A stretch of 64,000 bases of DNA, from assembly GCF_009914755.1 (NCBI RefSeq), contig NC_060941.1; one strand, given 5' to 3'. Position 1 is the first letter of the stretch. Every line of letters begins with the position of its first letter. Shown here one piece after another: positions 42,681 through 59,131 of this stretch. The notes under the pieces were generated by a model. That model was not told the DNA's origin. It saw nothing but the letters and a program-made list of their open reading frames with translations, and did no database searches. The position numbers and the translations under genes were made by a program. Source of the DNA: the human T2T-CHM13v2.0 reference genome, Homo sapiens.

Positions 42681-42849
42681 TCTTTAACGTCTTAAGTTGA
42701 TAAAACAAGAAATAGCAGTGTAAGCATATTCCTTAGAGATATGCAGGTTAATACCAGAAACAATAGCTAAAAGATTTCAGAGAGAAACATTCAGGAGTGG
42801 GGACACCAGGGGCTGCTATTTTTTACTATGAACCTTGTATAGTATATGA

Positions 42850-43390
42850 TGTATTCATTCATTCACTCACGCATTCATTCATGAATTCACAAGTCTGTGT
42901 GAATATCAGTGTGTGCAAGGTTTTGTTGCAGATGCTGGGGATACAGTAGTTAAAAAAACACAAACGTTTCTGCCCTGGCGGAACTTAGATTCAGGGGTGG
43001 GAGCTAGAGGTGAAGGGAGTAGGTCAGAGGAGAAAAAGGAAGGGTGGGGAGGGCTGGGAAAGTTGCCCTTGTGTGTAGAGAGATGAGAATGGGCCTCCCT
43101 GTGAGAGTGGTATTTGAATGACAGCAGGAAGAAAAGAGCCATATGGCAGCTCAGGTGCAAAGGTCTATAGCAGTTTAGGTGTGAGTGTGGGTGGAGCAGT
43201 GGGGATGTGGGGGTGCTCAGGGATGGAAGGGAGGGTGGTGGAAAGGACCTCAGCAATTCGGAGGTGAATGGTGAGGGATGTGGATGCCATCATCCAGCAA
43301 GGAACCTGCCTTTTACTCTGTGATATGAGAAGCCACCGAACTTTGGCGATGGAGTAATTCCTTATATCTTTAAAAAGAGGCACAAAGACC
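42850..43390 (-). mobile_element. L2 fragment
   Basis: (CATT)n end and ctggggatacagtag...tgccctg...ggaactta signature. Confidence 0.7.
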
Positions 43391-43499
43391 ACACCTCATA
43401 AATACTGACATCATATTAACAGAATAGATAATACACCACTTTTTCAAATGTATCTTTTTTTCTTTTAATCGCTGAGAGGGAAAAGTAGTATCAGTGGCA

Positions 43500-43500
43500 G

Positions 43501-43527
<27 letters not shown>
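43500..43527. repeat. (CA)n microsatellite
   Basis: Direct observation. Confidence 0.95.
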
Positions 43528-43532
<5 letters not shown>

Positions 43533-44012
43533 AAATGGAAATAAAAGCTAAAGAACAAACTAGTAATGATTCGGAGTGAGACCCCTAACACCTCCCGAAT
43601 GGGGGCAAGAAGCTCAGGACTCTGGTAGCCCAGGCAGAGTCTGAGTAACTGGCGTTGCCTCTCTTCATGCATCTACCTGATCCACCTGTCCTTCTACCCA
43701 CCCCTCTGATCCCTAGGAATTCTGAGAGCCTGGTATCACCCAGGTACAAGATGAAGAAGTCTATTGTGCCCTAGAGGGTAAATGGCAAGAGGTGCAGTTT
43801 AGGAGGATTCTCAGTCTGGGAGGAGAAGCTAGCTGAGAGCTTGCCACAGATGTAAGCAGGAACGCCCGGCTGAAGTGGGAACGAGGCAGAGGCTGGAAGA
43901 CACAGCAGAGTGCTGTGCAACAGATGCCGCCTGGCAGACATGGTGCTCTCATCACAAGAGACTGTTATTTGGTACTGAAGTAGCCTTCACATTCCATAGA
44001 AAAATGTCTTTC

Positions 44013-44649
44013 TATTTTTTATATTATACTTTAAGTTCTGGGGTACAGGTGCAGAACATCCAGGTTTGTTACATAGGTATTGATGCGCCATGGTGGTTTG
44101 CTGCACGCATCAGCCTGTCATCTACATTAGATATTTGTCCTAATGCTCTCCTCCCACAGCCCTCCACGCCCCGACAGTCCCCAGTATGTGATGCGCCTCC
44201 CACCCCCCCGTGTCCATGTGTTCTCACTGTTCAACCCCAACTTATGAGAGAGAACACACGGTGTCTGGTTTTCTGTCCTTGTGTTAGTTTGCTGAGAATG
44301 ATGCTTTCCAGCATCATCTATGTCCCTGCAAAGGACATGAACTCATCCTTTTTTATGACGGCATAGTATTCCATTGTGTATCTGTGCCACATTTTCTTTA
44401 TCTGGTCTATCATTGATGGGCAATTGGGTTGGTTCCAAGTCTTTGTTATTGTGAACAGTGCTGCAATAAACATATGTCTGCATATGTCTTTATAGCAGAA
44501 TGATTTATAATCCTTTGAGTATATACCTAGTAATGGGATTGCTGAGTCAAATGGTATTTCTGGTTGTAGATCTTTGAGGAATCGCCACACTGTCTTCCAC
44601 AATGGTTGAACTAATTTACACTCCCACCAACAGTATAAAAGCGTTCCTA
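44013..44649 (-). mobile_element. 5'-truncated L1PA (ORF2 C-terminus + 3' UTR)
   Basis: Translation WKTVWRFLKDL...DEFMSFAGT is the L1 ORF2 end; TSD AGAAAAATG(T/C)CTTTC at 43998 and 44650. Confidence 0.95.
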
Positions 44650-45588
44650 AGAAAAATGCCTTTCAATCCTTTACCTTATTCCATGATCACCAATTTTCTG
44701 ATACCTAATTCAGTGTGCAGGCACATTGATTCCAAGACAGGTTCATGGTATAATGGCAAAACAACAGCAAGACAACTTCCATTGTAAATGAACGGGGGCT
44801 TCTTGTTCCTTGGGTTTAGCTGGCTCCATTCCCTTAGCTCCTGACCAACCTTGGTAAAATAAAATTTCTAAACCTTGAAGCTTGAGGACTGGACCTTTAC
44901 CAACAAATGTGTGTTGAAGAGTGAGCATGGGAGGTGCAGTGAGTGTAGGGGCTCACCTGGAAATACTCCGCTCCTCCTAAGCATTGCTCCAGCGTGGCAC
45001 CCACAGCCACAGAAGGAAGCACAGCACAGGAGATCCATCAGGGTGTCCCATGAAATGCTGCATCCGAAGCATGGGCCAAAATATCTAGACCTCAATGAAG
45101 AGCTATAAAGGGGTGTTAGGGGATACAGCATCTAACATAGAAAGCACGCTGTCCATGGTTATTAAGTGAATGCATGGATGAACAGGAGGAGTCCAAATTA
45201 TCTGTTTTAAAGAGGAAGACATTTCTTTGTGTTTTTAATCCTTCTTGTTTTTATGGTGTCTACTACCAATTAAAATGTATTGTGCCATGTTTCTTAATTA
45301 AAATAAGAAATTTGATTGCATGTTTCTGTTGGTAAATGATCATACAAGAATCATTCATGTCAGCTTTGTTCTGGGAATGAACACAGGATATGGGGTCAAG
45401 ATACGTGGGGTAACTCTGTTACCAAGACCTTTAAGGAAATAGTATTATTGAATAGAAAATGGAACATTTGGGCTCTGAAGTCTTATTTCATGACATTTAA
45501 AGTGTTTATTTAGCTCTGGCTTCCTCTGCTGGAAGATTGACTTTCTTATTTGCTCCTGTAACGGATGGATATGCTGTGTGGCTGTAGA

Positions 45589-45840
45589 GCTCCTTCCCTC
45601 CCTCCCTCCTTTCCTTCCTTCCTTCCTTCCTTCCTTCCTTCCTTCCTTCCTTCCTTCCTTCCTTCCTCCCTCCCTTCCTCCCTCCCTGCTTGCCTTTCTC
45701 TTTCTTTCTTTCTCTCTCTCTCTTTCTTTATTCTTCCTTCCCCCCTCCCTCTCTGTCTCCCTTCCCTTTTCTTTTCTTTTTTCTTTCCTTTCCTTTCCTG
45801 TTTTCCTTCCTTCCCTCTTTCATTCCTTTCTTTCCATCCC
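45589..45840. repeat. (CCTT)n / CT-rich polypyrimidine tract
   Basis: ~250 nt almost purine-free on the + strand. Confidence 0.95.
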
Positions 45841-45843
45841 TAG

Positions 45844-46160
<317 letters not shown>

Positions 46161-48299
46161 CTCTATCCCCAGTTTTATATTGAATTATAATTAGATTCAA
46201 AAGAAACCTTTCAGCCAGTGGTCCTCATCCTTAAACTGCATATTGGAATCTCCTGGGAGACGTAATGTTGTAGGCTAAGGATATAATTCAGGCTATTACT
46301 GAATTATAAAGCGTGCTGTGTTCATATCCTGGAGGATGGAATTGGGTCACAGTGTTTTCAAGTCTGAAAAATCAGATGCCATAGTTCTTTGTGTTTTTAA
46401 GTTAGAGTCCATTGCCTTAAGTCCTCATGGGCATTTTAAGAAATAGATCAAAGTATTTGATGAGCTCAGGGTATGGGCACCCATACTTTCTCCTCGCTTT
46501 ATCCTTCAAATTAGTCTACTTAGAATTTGCTTTTAAATTTCTGCCTAATTTTAAAAAGACAATTGTGGGACTGAGTTGCTGTCCTACCCTTTTTCTTTAA
46601 TTGTTATTTGACTTCAGACTCTTCCTATAACTCATGTGTGTGTGGGTGACACTCCTCTGAAAAATGGGCCAACAGAAGGGCTTATTATTTGGGCCACTGT
46701 GGTCATGAAACCCAGGTTCACATTGATTTTATTGCAAAATTTAGATACATGCACCAGTCCACATGTTAATTTGCTTAGTATTCTTACCTTTTAAAATGTT
46801 TTTGCTTCTCAGACCCTTGTGATTTCAAGTCAGAAGTCCCTGACCTCTTAATGCTTGTTTTTTTTTGTTTTTTTTGACACAGTCTGCATCTATCCCAGCC
46901 TCAGTCCTCAACTTCCACTGCTCTGTGTAGCATAATCCCCATGCAGTCCCACAGTTACAGTCAACAGGGCCTTTCCTCCATCTATTAGCAAACATTCCTG
47001 TTCTTAGAGCCTCAGAGAGTGAGGCAATGACAGGATCACGATTTTAACATTTCCCCTTTCCTGAAGCTTCTTTATTGGGACACTGGTGTTAAAAAGGAAA
47101 AAAAAAACAGCTTAATTAAAAATTTTTATGTATCATGTGGAGCAGGGTTGCCTAAATGAGAAAAAGATACTTGAAATCCCAGCCTCTATTTTCATCAGTC
47201 AGAGGAATTCAGAGGAGGCTCAGGAAAATTGTGAGGACAGAGGGCTGTGTCCTGAGTCCCTAGCCTACAATCCCTGTGTCCATCAGTCAAGGAGGGCAGC
47301 CTCATCACAGCTGCAGGCTCTCCTGCATATCTTTGTCAATTGTCGACCGACTAATTCTATTCAGGTTGCCTTTTGTAGGGGTCAGCAGAGTAGGATCCTG
47401 GCAATTTCATATGATTAAAACTATTTTGAACAAGACCCTTGGCTAGGATCTGTTTCAAACGATGAAGAAAGTTCTTTTTTCATTGTTACAGGAATTGTGT
47501 TTAATGAGATGTAGAAGGCTGTAGTGTAAAACTTTTTTTTAAATGGGGTTAGGAGGTTTAAGGGAGATAATTGAAAACCTGGTTATCTCTTGTTTTAGTA
47601 GTGGTTCTTTGCTGCTGTACATGTAACACAAACTACTTGAATTTCAAGATGCTACCATCCCTTGGGCATGAATTATGAATGTTTGATATTCCTTGATTCC
47701 ATCACAGGACTTGTATGGGTATTGATCTTTGTCCAACCCGAGCCTTGGATCAGGAAAAAGGATGAGTTCGGGTTTATGTTGCCCTATAGCCAGCAGGGGG
47801 TGTTCGTGGCCTTCCTATTCCAAAAGGCCGCAGCACCCTCTCCCAGGCTCCGGGTGAAACTAATGTGAGTCACCATTACCATCCTTCTTTCTCTGTTCAA
47901 ATTGGCATTTTACCAAGAACAGCATTACTTCTGAGTGAGCAACAGCTGACCAATTATCTTGAAAAATATTTGGGAAGCTATACAATTTTAAAAGTGAAAA
48001 GCAAAATATATCTTCTATTTTTAACTTGTTCCCTAAACATGAATTACCTGGGGGGAAAAGCAGATGCTTTTCAATCTTTTAAATGATTGCACCTATTCTA
48101 AACCATCCAGGTGTTTTTGAAATGACCCACAGTCATCTTTAATAGCATGCGAAGGGGCCAAGGCCCTCTCAACTTTAGATTTAATAGCCTGCCCCCTTCA
48201 ATTGTCAGAGATATTGACAGAGATAGGCCTGACTGTTCTGCTGTAATTTCAACTCATTTTCTCCTGCTCTAATATCTATAGTACGGGATGGACTTTTTT

Positions 48300-48465
48300 T
48301 TTTCTTTTCTGTAGAGGCCAGGTCATAAATATTTAGGCTGTGTGGGCTGGAGAGACTGTTGCAACTACTAAACTCTGCTGTCCTTGTGCAAGAGCAGCTG
48401 TAGACAATATGCAAACAAACGTTCATGACTGTGTCCTAATAAACTTTATTTGTAATTTGGCCACG
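48300..48465. mobile_element. MER58A-like hAT MITE
   Basis: ttttctgtagaggccagg...aaatatttaggct...ctgttgcaactact...aataaactttattt. Confidence 0.75.
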
Positions 48466-49566
48466 CCCTATCTTATTGATAGCCCTCCAAAACGTCAGTA
48501 TCTTCCATATATCTGTTATTTTATGTTGTTTATAAACTCAAACTCTTCTCCGATTAAGAGGAAAATAATCGAATCTGAAAGTCCCTCAGGTTCAACTCCT
48601 TTCCCAATGCCTGGTCCCCCTTATAACACTCTTGACAAGCATCTTTGCCCACTGCTCGGAACTCTCATGCTTTGTGTCTTCCCTGCAACACAAGCAGTGG
48701 CCCCGAAGAGCAGACAGCGTGATACAAATGCACAGAAGTTTTTAAGGAGATAGCACAACAATTTAGAAACTAAGGCTGCTGGAATGATGAGCTTTTAATC
48801 TTTTCATTCATCGCAGGGTTTAATCCATATTTGAAAAGAAAGATGCCACAGTATAAAGCTGACAGGCACTGACTGGCCTGAAATATCTCAGGAAAATCTG
48901 GTTTCAGATTTTTCTAGGAGTTGATCCAAGAACATTTTTCTTTCTGCCTTTTGATCTGTTGAAAGATCCACAAGATACTTGGATGCCTTGAAGACATAAA
49001 TGCCAGTACAGAAATAAACTCTGACGAGTTGTCTTGTAAAGGGAGCCAGCTCTTAGAGAAGGGATCATTGTAAGGGTAGGAACTGAAACTTTTTTGTCTA
49101 CTACCTGACATTCTCAAACCCTTCTTTCCTTTGTACTTTTTCTGTGAACAGATGGTTTCGTCCAGCTTGGAGTGGGTTTAGGGGAGACTGAGAAAACAAG
49201 ACGGCTGCCTGCAGTTTTAGTCTCTCTTTACCCATCTTAAACTTTTTCTTCCCCTCTCCATTTTTGAGAGCAAGAGGTTACATGCTCCCTTTCCTCCTGT
49301 AGAAGAAACATTTAGCTGGGGCTGACACAATGGCGAGGACATGAGAAATGACCACAGGAGAAGCCCTGGAGGCAGAAGACTAGGTCTTTGCCCCTTTTAC
49401 AGTGAGATAGTTTTATATAAATATCAGAGGTTACTGGAGGCACCCAAACAAAATTGAGGACAGGAAGCAAATATCTGAGAGGCTCCCAAACCTCGATGTA
49501 CTGTGGGACCCAAACGAGCACGTGAATCCCTTCTAGATATCCTTTGGATCCTTTAAGAGTAGCACA

Positions 49567-49911
<345 letters not shown>

Positions 49912-51524
49912 TTATTGGAGTTGGCTATGAATTCTCCTCCTTACTCACGTCTGGTGGGGCAAAACGGGGAGGATCAGATACTATGAAGATAAAGATACTG
50001 GAAATAGATCAAAGCCTTGAATTCCCAGCCCCAGACTCTACCCACCATGATCCCTACCTGCAGGGGTCTGGGTTCCTCTTGCCCAGCCTGCTCAATCTCT
50101 GACCCCCTAGGATGGGTCTCTGGCTTGCTCAGAGGTGCAGGCTCCCAGCTCCCCTTCGCCAGTCGCCTGAAGACTCAGCGGTTCCTCTCTGAAGGATGTA
50201 GTTTTAACCTTTGTTTGCTGTAAAAACATATAGCAGGCAAGTGCTTGTCACAAGGGGACTTATTTCTTCCTTCTGCTTCATGTGATGGGGAGGGTCCGGC
50301 TGTGAATATCTGCTGTGCTAAGACAGCCACAGTGTGGTCTAAGACAGAGCCTGGTCTTGGCCACTCTGATATCTGGCTGACTGAGAGACAGTGTGGATGG
50401 GTGGAAGAGGGCAGTCTTGCGTGCTGTCATCTCCTCCCTAGGGCCCTATTGACCTTTGGTGGATCCACACTTGAGGTGTGGACAGAGGAGAGAGACAGAG
50501 AATGCCTTGTCTCCTGTAGAAAGGCCTCTTCTGGAAACTTCCAAGCACCTAACATTGTAGGAGGAGAATAGGAGACTGAGAGAGAAATATAAAAAGCCAT
50601 GTTCCCACAGTAAGCTCTCCTACCACTGGCTCAGCCTCCTGTCCATTTGGGAATGATTAGAGATGCTACCTCCTTCCTCAGGGCTGCCAACTACAAGTGC
50701 GCAGCCTCTCCCAACTCTTAGCACTGTAGCCAGGTGTAGTTATAAATAAACGTTGGGGTGACTTATCCTTGTGTGATGTGTGTAAGTTAGCCCTTTCTTT
50801 GATTAACTACAAATACGTAAATTAGATATTCCCTGGTTTCCCCAAACACTGGTAGTAGTGAATTTTCTTGGAATGCCCTTCTTTGGTCTGCTGGCTGATT
50901 ATTATTTTCAGACGACACTAATGACGGCCCAGGTGTGATGTCTACAAAGCCCCACATTAAGGCGCTTGCGTAGCAAACCTGCCATTCAGGTAATGACGGC
51001 CGCCCTCTGGAAAAACAAGCTGAGACCATACCGGGGAAGGCCTTGGATACTTGAGAAGGGTGTGAGGCCAGTCACAGGAGTTGACTCGGTGGAACGGGGC
51101 ATAAGAGTTACGGGTGGCTTTATGAAGCTTTTGTTGAGTGTGGGAGGGTGGAAAGAGCTTTACTGAAGAGACATGTTTTCTGTTTCCCAGTTCAAATCAA
51201 TTTCCTTATCATGATACAAGCAAGGGTAATAATTATTAGGATTATTTACCATGATTATGGGTGACAGGAATTGCAGTTGGGCAAAGGGACTCTTTTGTAT
51301 ATTGTAATTTCCTTCCCTAAAGTTCTAGCTTCCTTATTTTGTCTTCCTAATAGTGACTCACACCGCAGTAGGCAGGAAGCAGGTATTTAATGACCACTTC
51401 TTCACTGGTTCTTTATTCCAACTCCATTCATTCCAATACAAATTTCTTGAAAACAAAGAAGAATGACATCCATAACACAAATGAAAGCAGCCTGTCTAAG
51501 CTGATTTAATTTAGTATGGAATAG

Positions 51525-51872
<348 letters not shown>

Positions 51873-52399
51873 TGTTGTTTTTATTCTTAAAACTTCAGCC
51901 ATCATTTGGTTCACTGAAGAAAGAAATGGCGCTTGAAGAGAATTTAGAAAGATTTTTATAAGTGAATACTCACTTATACATAAATATAGACGTATATTTT
52001 TTAGTGCTAGTTAGCTAACACAATAGACAATCCTGGACAAGTGTTTTCCATCCTCTCCTGTGAATCTGATTTGTGAACCTCTCATAGCTTTTACTACGCA
52101 TGGAGTCCAGGAAAAATTTGGGACAAAGTGATCGATCTTAATTTCTAGACTTCATTCTGTCTTCTGTTCTTGGTGAGAACCTAAGAAACATCTTCCTTCC
52201 AGGCCTGACTTAGTGCTCTTGCAGGTTTAGCTTGCTTGGAGCAAGACTGTGCTAGTGGGATTCTAACGATGCCACCTTTCCTGCTGTGTTGTTTATCCTG
52301 TTCAGTTGATAGAGGACCTATTGAGACTGGTTTATAGACACGACACTCACTGTGGGGAATGCATCGAATTGCTAATTGATCAAAATCACCCATAATCTT

Positions 52400-52550
52400 G
52401 CGACTCGTGGATCAGCAGCCTTAGCATCCTCTGGGAGCTTGTTAGATGTCCAAAATCTTGGGCCTCAACCCAGAACAATTAGATCAGAATCTGCATTTTA
52501 ACAAGATCCCCATATGATAAGTATGCACATTAAGATTTCGGAAGTACTGA
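52400..52550. mobile_element. MER5A-like MITE
   Basis: ctgggagcttgttaga...atcagaatctgcattttaacaagatcccc. Confidence 0.75.
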
Positions 52551-54611
52551 CATATAAGGCTTGGGACTGGGTGGTGACCTGAAACTACTGCTTCCTAGGG
52601 TGCTGGGGATGATACATGAACATTTTCACAATATTTTTTTTGTGATGAATCTCTGGATAAAATATTCTCAGCTGATGACTGTTGATGGTATTGGGTGTAT
52701 CTGTGGCCTGTCCATTATTACTACCCTGTCTTTGTCTTTCTTGTCCTATCATATTCTGTGAGTGTGTGGGGAAAGAAAATTTTGATAGAAAACAGGAGTG
52801 AGTGTGGAGTCTAACTGGACAGGTTGGGGTCTGAGGTCCTCCAGGTTTGGAACTTGCTAAACTCTCTCAGGGAAGCAATCATCGTCCCTGATGCTGATTC
52901 GTTTTAGGCTAAAACAAGTTAAGAACACACCTCTGTATGAAAGCAGTGGATGCTTTGAGGTTTGATTAATGAGAAGGTAGCTTTTGGTTATAAAAACCTG
53001 TCCTCTGGTCCTGAGTGTCTATTTCTGACTCATGGATCTTGTCAGAACAAGATCCAGGTAAATGATGTCAAACTACCAATTGCCTCTGAAAAATATGAGT
53101 TCTGATTTTCAAATAGAAAATCCAGATTTCTCATACCTGGGCTCTTACCTTAGATAAAAGCCATCAGCAAGGGCTCATCAAAATGTGTTGCCCATATTCA
53201 GATTTTACATAACTCTCTAGCAAGCACTTTTGACTTGTGTGGCACAAAGAGTAAATATACTGGGTACAAATTCTGTTTCCACCATTTTATAGCTGTATGA
53301 CCACAGGCAAGTTAATGCAGTCCATTTGAGCCTCAGTTTCCCCAATCATAAAATAAAGATAATGATATGCCACAAGGTTTTGATAAATGTTAAATGAGAT
53401 TGTGAATGTAAAGCTCAGTCAAGGATAGTTGTTATTTAAAAAACTTCTGGTACATGTGTGTGTATGTCAATGCATACATGCTATGCTGCGTATGCATACC
53501 ATGGAATTAGCAAAAATTGACTTGTAGTTTCTATTAGATGACTCATAATTTTATTAGATGAATTCCCATTTAAATTTCAATGGGAAGTTTGGGTGAGTAG
53601 GACAACCCATGTACTGAAATAGTTACACACACACACAAAGTTCAAGGTAAAACTTCTGAGTATGATTAGATCATCAGATCGTTAGGTATGTGAGAAGCAC
53701 TGTCTTTTCCTTTTTGCATGATCTCACCTCCAGTATATTTTAGAAACTCTCTAACCCTCTTCAGAGAGATGGTGACACGTAGATGTTGTAATAGAATAGA
53801 TGAGATGGGAATGAGTCACACATGGGAATGAAAGTAGGCCTATAGTCATTCGGAAAACCAATGTTGTTACCATAGGGAAATAACCAACAAAATACTTCAG
53901 GTGATATGTAAACACCAAAAATCTGAAAAGTATTTATTGATTAAAAGCTGTAGAAAAGTATAGCATTTAGAGTATAGCATTGTGAATAATCATGGCTAGA
54001 ATAAATGAATTATACTCTTAATGACTTTTAAATATTATGACTAGAAGCTACGTAATAATTATGATCACCTTAATTTGTAAATGACTTATAGTTTCTTGGT
54101 GAGGGAGAACATTGCTTAACTATGTTGAAAAGAGATCTCCTTTCAGTGAAACTGTTGGTTTGTGTGGTATTGGAGGCATAAATATTTGTAGAGAAATTGT
54201 TAATGTCCCTGGAATGAGGAACTAAAAGAGAGAGTCAAAAGGAATTGAAACTCAACGAGAAGAAAAAGAATTTCCTTGGGCATCCCAGCATGCTTAAGTG
54301 AGGAGCAGGGGATGCCCTGACTCCAGGTTGGAGCTACACTGCTTGGTCCCACTTGGGAAGGAGCAGAGAGGAGAGCTGTGAACATCATGTGCAATGGCTT
54401 TACTCTTTACCATCTCTGAAGAGGGTAGACCTTTGCTTTTCTCTTTTGATGTCATCTATTGTTATTAGACCAGGACTTTCATTAGAGGTCCATGTCAGTG
54501 TTAAAATGACTAGTATGCTGGTCAAAAGTTTGGTGGGATGCAAATGAACTAGTTCGCCTTAAATCAGCTATTGTCACTGAGCAAATAACAGAGTCTTCTG
54601 TTTAAAATACT

Positions 54612-55175
54612 CTGTTTCACTTGCCTATTGCGGCATGAAAAATGACCCCAAAACTCACTGGCTTAAAACAACCACCATTGTATTTGTTCACAATTATTTT
54701 GTGGGACAGAATTTTGGATTCAGAATAGCAGGGATGGCCTGTCTCTGCTCTGTGATGCCTGGGGGCAGTGGCATTGTCTTGAATGGCTGGAAACTGGCTG
54801 GAATGGCTTGACTCAGTCATATGCCTGGAGCCTCAGTTACAGCTGTTGCCTGGAGCTTCAGTTATGGCTGTTGCCTGGATTCCTCAGCTTTCCTTGGTGT
54901 GGGCTCTCCAAGAGGCTAGCTTAGACTTCCTCACAGTATGGTGTCTCAGGGTAATTGAACTTCTCACATGGTAGCTGGCTGCCTATAGGGCATTCCAAGA
55001 GAATAACTCCCAATGTGAAAGCATTTAGTAAGCCTCTGCTTGTGTCAAGCTTGTTGATGTTCCATTGGCCAAATCAAGTCTCATGACCAAGCCCAGCATC
55101 AATGTGGGAGGCAGTAGAGAAAGGCATGACTGCTGGAGGCATGGATGCATTGGGGCCACCAATATGTACAGCATA
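54612..55175. mobile_element. MLT1-type MaLR LTR
   Basis: ccccaaaactcactggcttaaaacaacca...ttccattggccaaatcaagtctcatgaccaagccca. Confidence 0.75.
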
Positions 55176-55392
55176 CCCAGAAAATAAAACCATTATTTAA
55201 ATGAGAAATTTAAATGCACATTTATAAATTTTTAAATTTACCATTATAAATAATGATATTATTTACTATCTGTTTTCTGTTGTGCAAGACCAAATAGGTA
55301 TATGTGAAACTATGGTACAAATTGCTTCATGTCCATGAAGGGTATGCTTAGAAATATGTTATTTTATCCCAAAGAAATGGCACGCTATATTA

Positions 55393-55774
<382 letters not shown>

Positions 55775-56550
55775 CTAAATGTAGTCTGTGTTAAGTAACC
55801 CACTTACAGCTATCTGTAAAGAAAAATCTAATCTTTCGTACATACCTCTGGCTTACTTTTTTCTTATAATTATGGACATTTTTTCATATTGGTTCCAGCT
55901 TAGAGAGTGCATAAGTTATTTTGGCTTTTCAGTAGTTCATACATTTATAATTGTTATTTTTAATTTGCTATGAATTAAAAAATATGGTATGCTTTCTTAA
56001 ATTCTGATGTTTTTATATGTTGAAGATGCTGGAATGGATAGGAATGAGACCTGAGTCCCAGGAGGGCTTGGATAACTTTTCTAGTCTTTTGATTCCTTAT
56101 CTCTCACATAAGAAGTTTCAATCAGTTGATTTCTATGTTTACTTTTAATGCTGATATTTTTGATTTCAAATTACATGTAATGCCCTAATTAACTATTTAG
56201 AGAAATATAAAATGTGCATTTGGGAAATACTAAAATAATCTGATATTTCTTTAAGGAAAAAAATTGCTTCTTTATTCCTTAAATTAATTTTTTAGTCACT
56301 TGGCTTAGAGATGTTTTCTTGATGGGTCTCTTATTTGCATACATTACTATTTTACTTTGCTTTGACAAAAATCTAAGAGGTAAAAGAAATGAGGAGTCTA
56401 AAATAACACACAAATTTCCATAAGAGAAACTTACTACAGGAACCTAACACTTTGGAAAAATATTTGATTAAGTACCTGGAAGAATTTTGCTAGACTTAGG
56501 TGGAAGTATGCTTGCAGAATTTTGTAAAATACTTTTCTGATTTCCTTGTC

Positions 56551-56838
56551 TTTTTTTTCCAGACAGATCTTGCTGTGTTGCTCAGCTGAAGTATGGTGTT
56601 GTGATCAAAACTCACTGCAGCCTGGAACTCCTGGGCTCAAGACATCCTCCTGCCTTGGCTCCCGAGTAGCTGGGACCACAGGTGCAAGCCTCTGCACTGG
56701 TGAATTTTTAAACTTTTTATATAGACGAAGTCTCATTATGTTGCCTAGGCTAGTCTCAAACTCCTGGCCTCAAGTGAACCTCCTGCCTCAGCCTCCCAAA
56801 GTGCTGGGACCGCAGGTGCGTGCCACTGTGCCTGGCCA
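56551..56838 (-). mobile_element. Alu (AluJ-like, diverged)
   Basis: TAAAATACTTTT flanks. Confidence 0.9.
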
Positions 56839-57158
56839 CTAAAATACTTTTGTAAGTGAAGTATTTGTCTCAATTCTAAGTTTTAATTCAGCTGTATTTC
56901 CTGGAAGCAGTTCTCTACAATTCTGTAAAATGAAACTCTAATCACTAGTGCTTGGGGATTACGTCCTTTTTTTTTCATTAGTTGTCATTAATTCCTGTTG
57001 GGAGTATTGAAAAATTAGTAATATGGGAAACATACAAACAGATCAAAAAAGCACTCATCTGAAGGTACCAGTGTAAGTTCACAAACTTGGCTGTACATTA
57101 TAATTATTTGGGACTCTTTAAAACAAATTGATGGCTGGGTCCCAACCTCCACAAGTAC

Positions 57159-57469
57159 TTTTTTTTTTTTTTTTTTTTTTTTTAATACAGAGTCTGGCTC
57201 TGTTGCTCAGGCTAGAGTGCAGTGGCACAATCTTGCAATCTCGGCTCACTGCAACCTCTGCCTCCTGGGTTTAAGTGAGTTTCATGCCTCAGCCTCCTGA
57301 GTAGCTGGGATTACAGATGCCCACCACCACACCGGGTAATTTTTGTATTTTTGGTGGAGATGGGGTTTCATATTGGCCAGGCTGGTCTCATGCTCCTGAT
57401 CTCAAGTGATCCGCCCACTTCAGCCTCCCAAAGTGTTGGGATTACAGGCGTGAGCCATCACGCCCGGCC
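57159..57469 (-). mobile_element. Alu (AluS-like) inserted in a MER5A (~57068-57570)
   Basis: Alu dimer; MER5A halves on either side. Confidence 0.9.
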
Positions 57470-58263
57470 AAAAGTCTTGATTTAATTATTCTAGAGTGTG
57501 GCCTGGCATTAGAATTTTCTCACCCCCTCCAGGTGATCCTGATGTGAGCCAAGTTTGAGAACCCCTGCACTAAAGAAACGTCCTCGGGTCTCCTTCTGTT
57601 CCCCACCTTTTGCTGCCAGAATTCGAGTCCTTACTCCTTGCTAGACTTTATGACCTCTTCCCTCCACATACTGTTGCTACATTCCTTTAATAATGAATTT
57701 TTATGTTTAGTTCCCGATTTACACATCATCAGCAGGGTAGGTGTGTAAAAATAATAGTGAAGACATGAGTCTATAAAGGTGTGCATTTGATTGGATTAAC
57801 AGTATTAGATGGATCTATCTATCCACTCCACCATTTTATGACACTGTGGGCAAATATGTTAACATAAATCCTAAATTCCAAAGTAATACATTATACTTCT
57901 CCGGATTAGCCATCGGTTTGTTTAGTTGGATTTTGGGTTATAGAATGATAATTGCTATTTATTCAAAGTGTTTCTGGAATGAAAACAATAGAACTTATTG
58001 CCACCTCCTTTATGTGGGTTGGGTGTATGTTGGTCAAATTCAAATATAAACAAAATATTCTTTGGTTGGTAATTCACCTGAATGCATAGGCATTAATTGG
58101 TTTGTAATGGGCATTTTGAAACATTTTTACGCTGATTTAAGTGTGGGGGAAGATTATTCTGTGTTACCTAGAGCCCAAAATCATGCAATTGTCTCTTTAT
58201 TCAGGCAAATGGTTTCATTTCTCTCTTCTTTCCTCTCCTTAGTGAAACAGAGGCAATTTATTG

Positions 58264-58338
58264 ATAGGGTGATCAGCCACCCCAGTTTGCCTGGGACTAA
58301 TGAGTTTCTGGGCACACTGGGATGAATTGGTCACCTTA
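58264..58338. mobile_element. hAT-Blackjack MITE remnant (MER81/94-like)
   Basis: TAGGGTGATCA...TGGTCACCTTA terminal inverted repeats. Confidence 0.6.
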
Positions 58339-58721
58339 ATTGATACAGCGAAAATTAATAAGACTTTAAAGATATTTTAGGTCCTTGCATGAAAAATTAT
58401 TCATATGTTATGATTTACATTACCAAATCATATATAAACTATGATTGTAAATGGAAGGTTTGTGATTGTTTTCTGGATTTGGTATTACAACTTTCTTTTC
58501 AGCTTGTCATATTATTTTTAGATATTCCTCAAAATATTTTTCTAGCAGTATTAAAAAATTCACCTTGAGAAAAATAGCATATTTTATGCACATTTTCTAG
58601 ATTTCAGGAAACAGATAATGTCCAAAACAGCAGAATTAGTTGGTGCTAAAATAGAGAAAAAAAATCATTTTTAGATCTGCTTGGAGACTATAATATCTAG
58701 TAACATAAAGAAGTTCTCTTA

Positions 58722-59131
<410 letters not shown>

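Noticed and set aside
43201-43235. G-quadruplex-forming motif
   Set aside because: Inside a decayed L2, far from any promoter; common genome-wide
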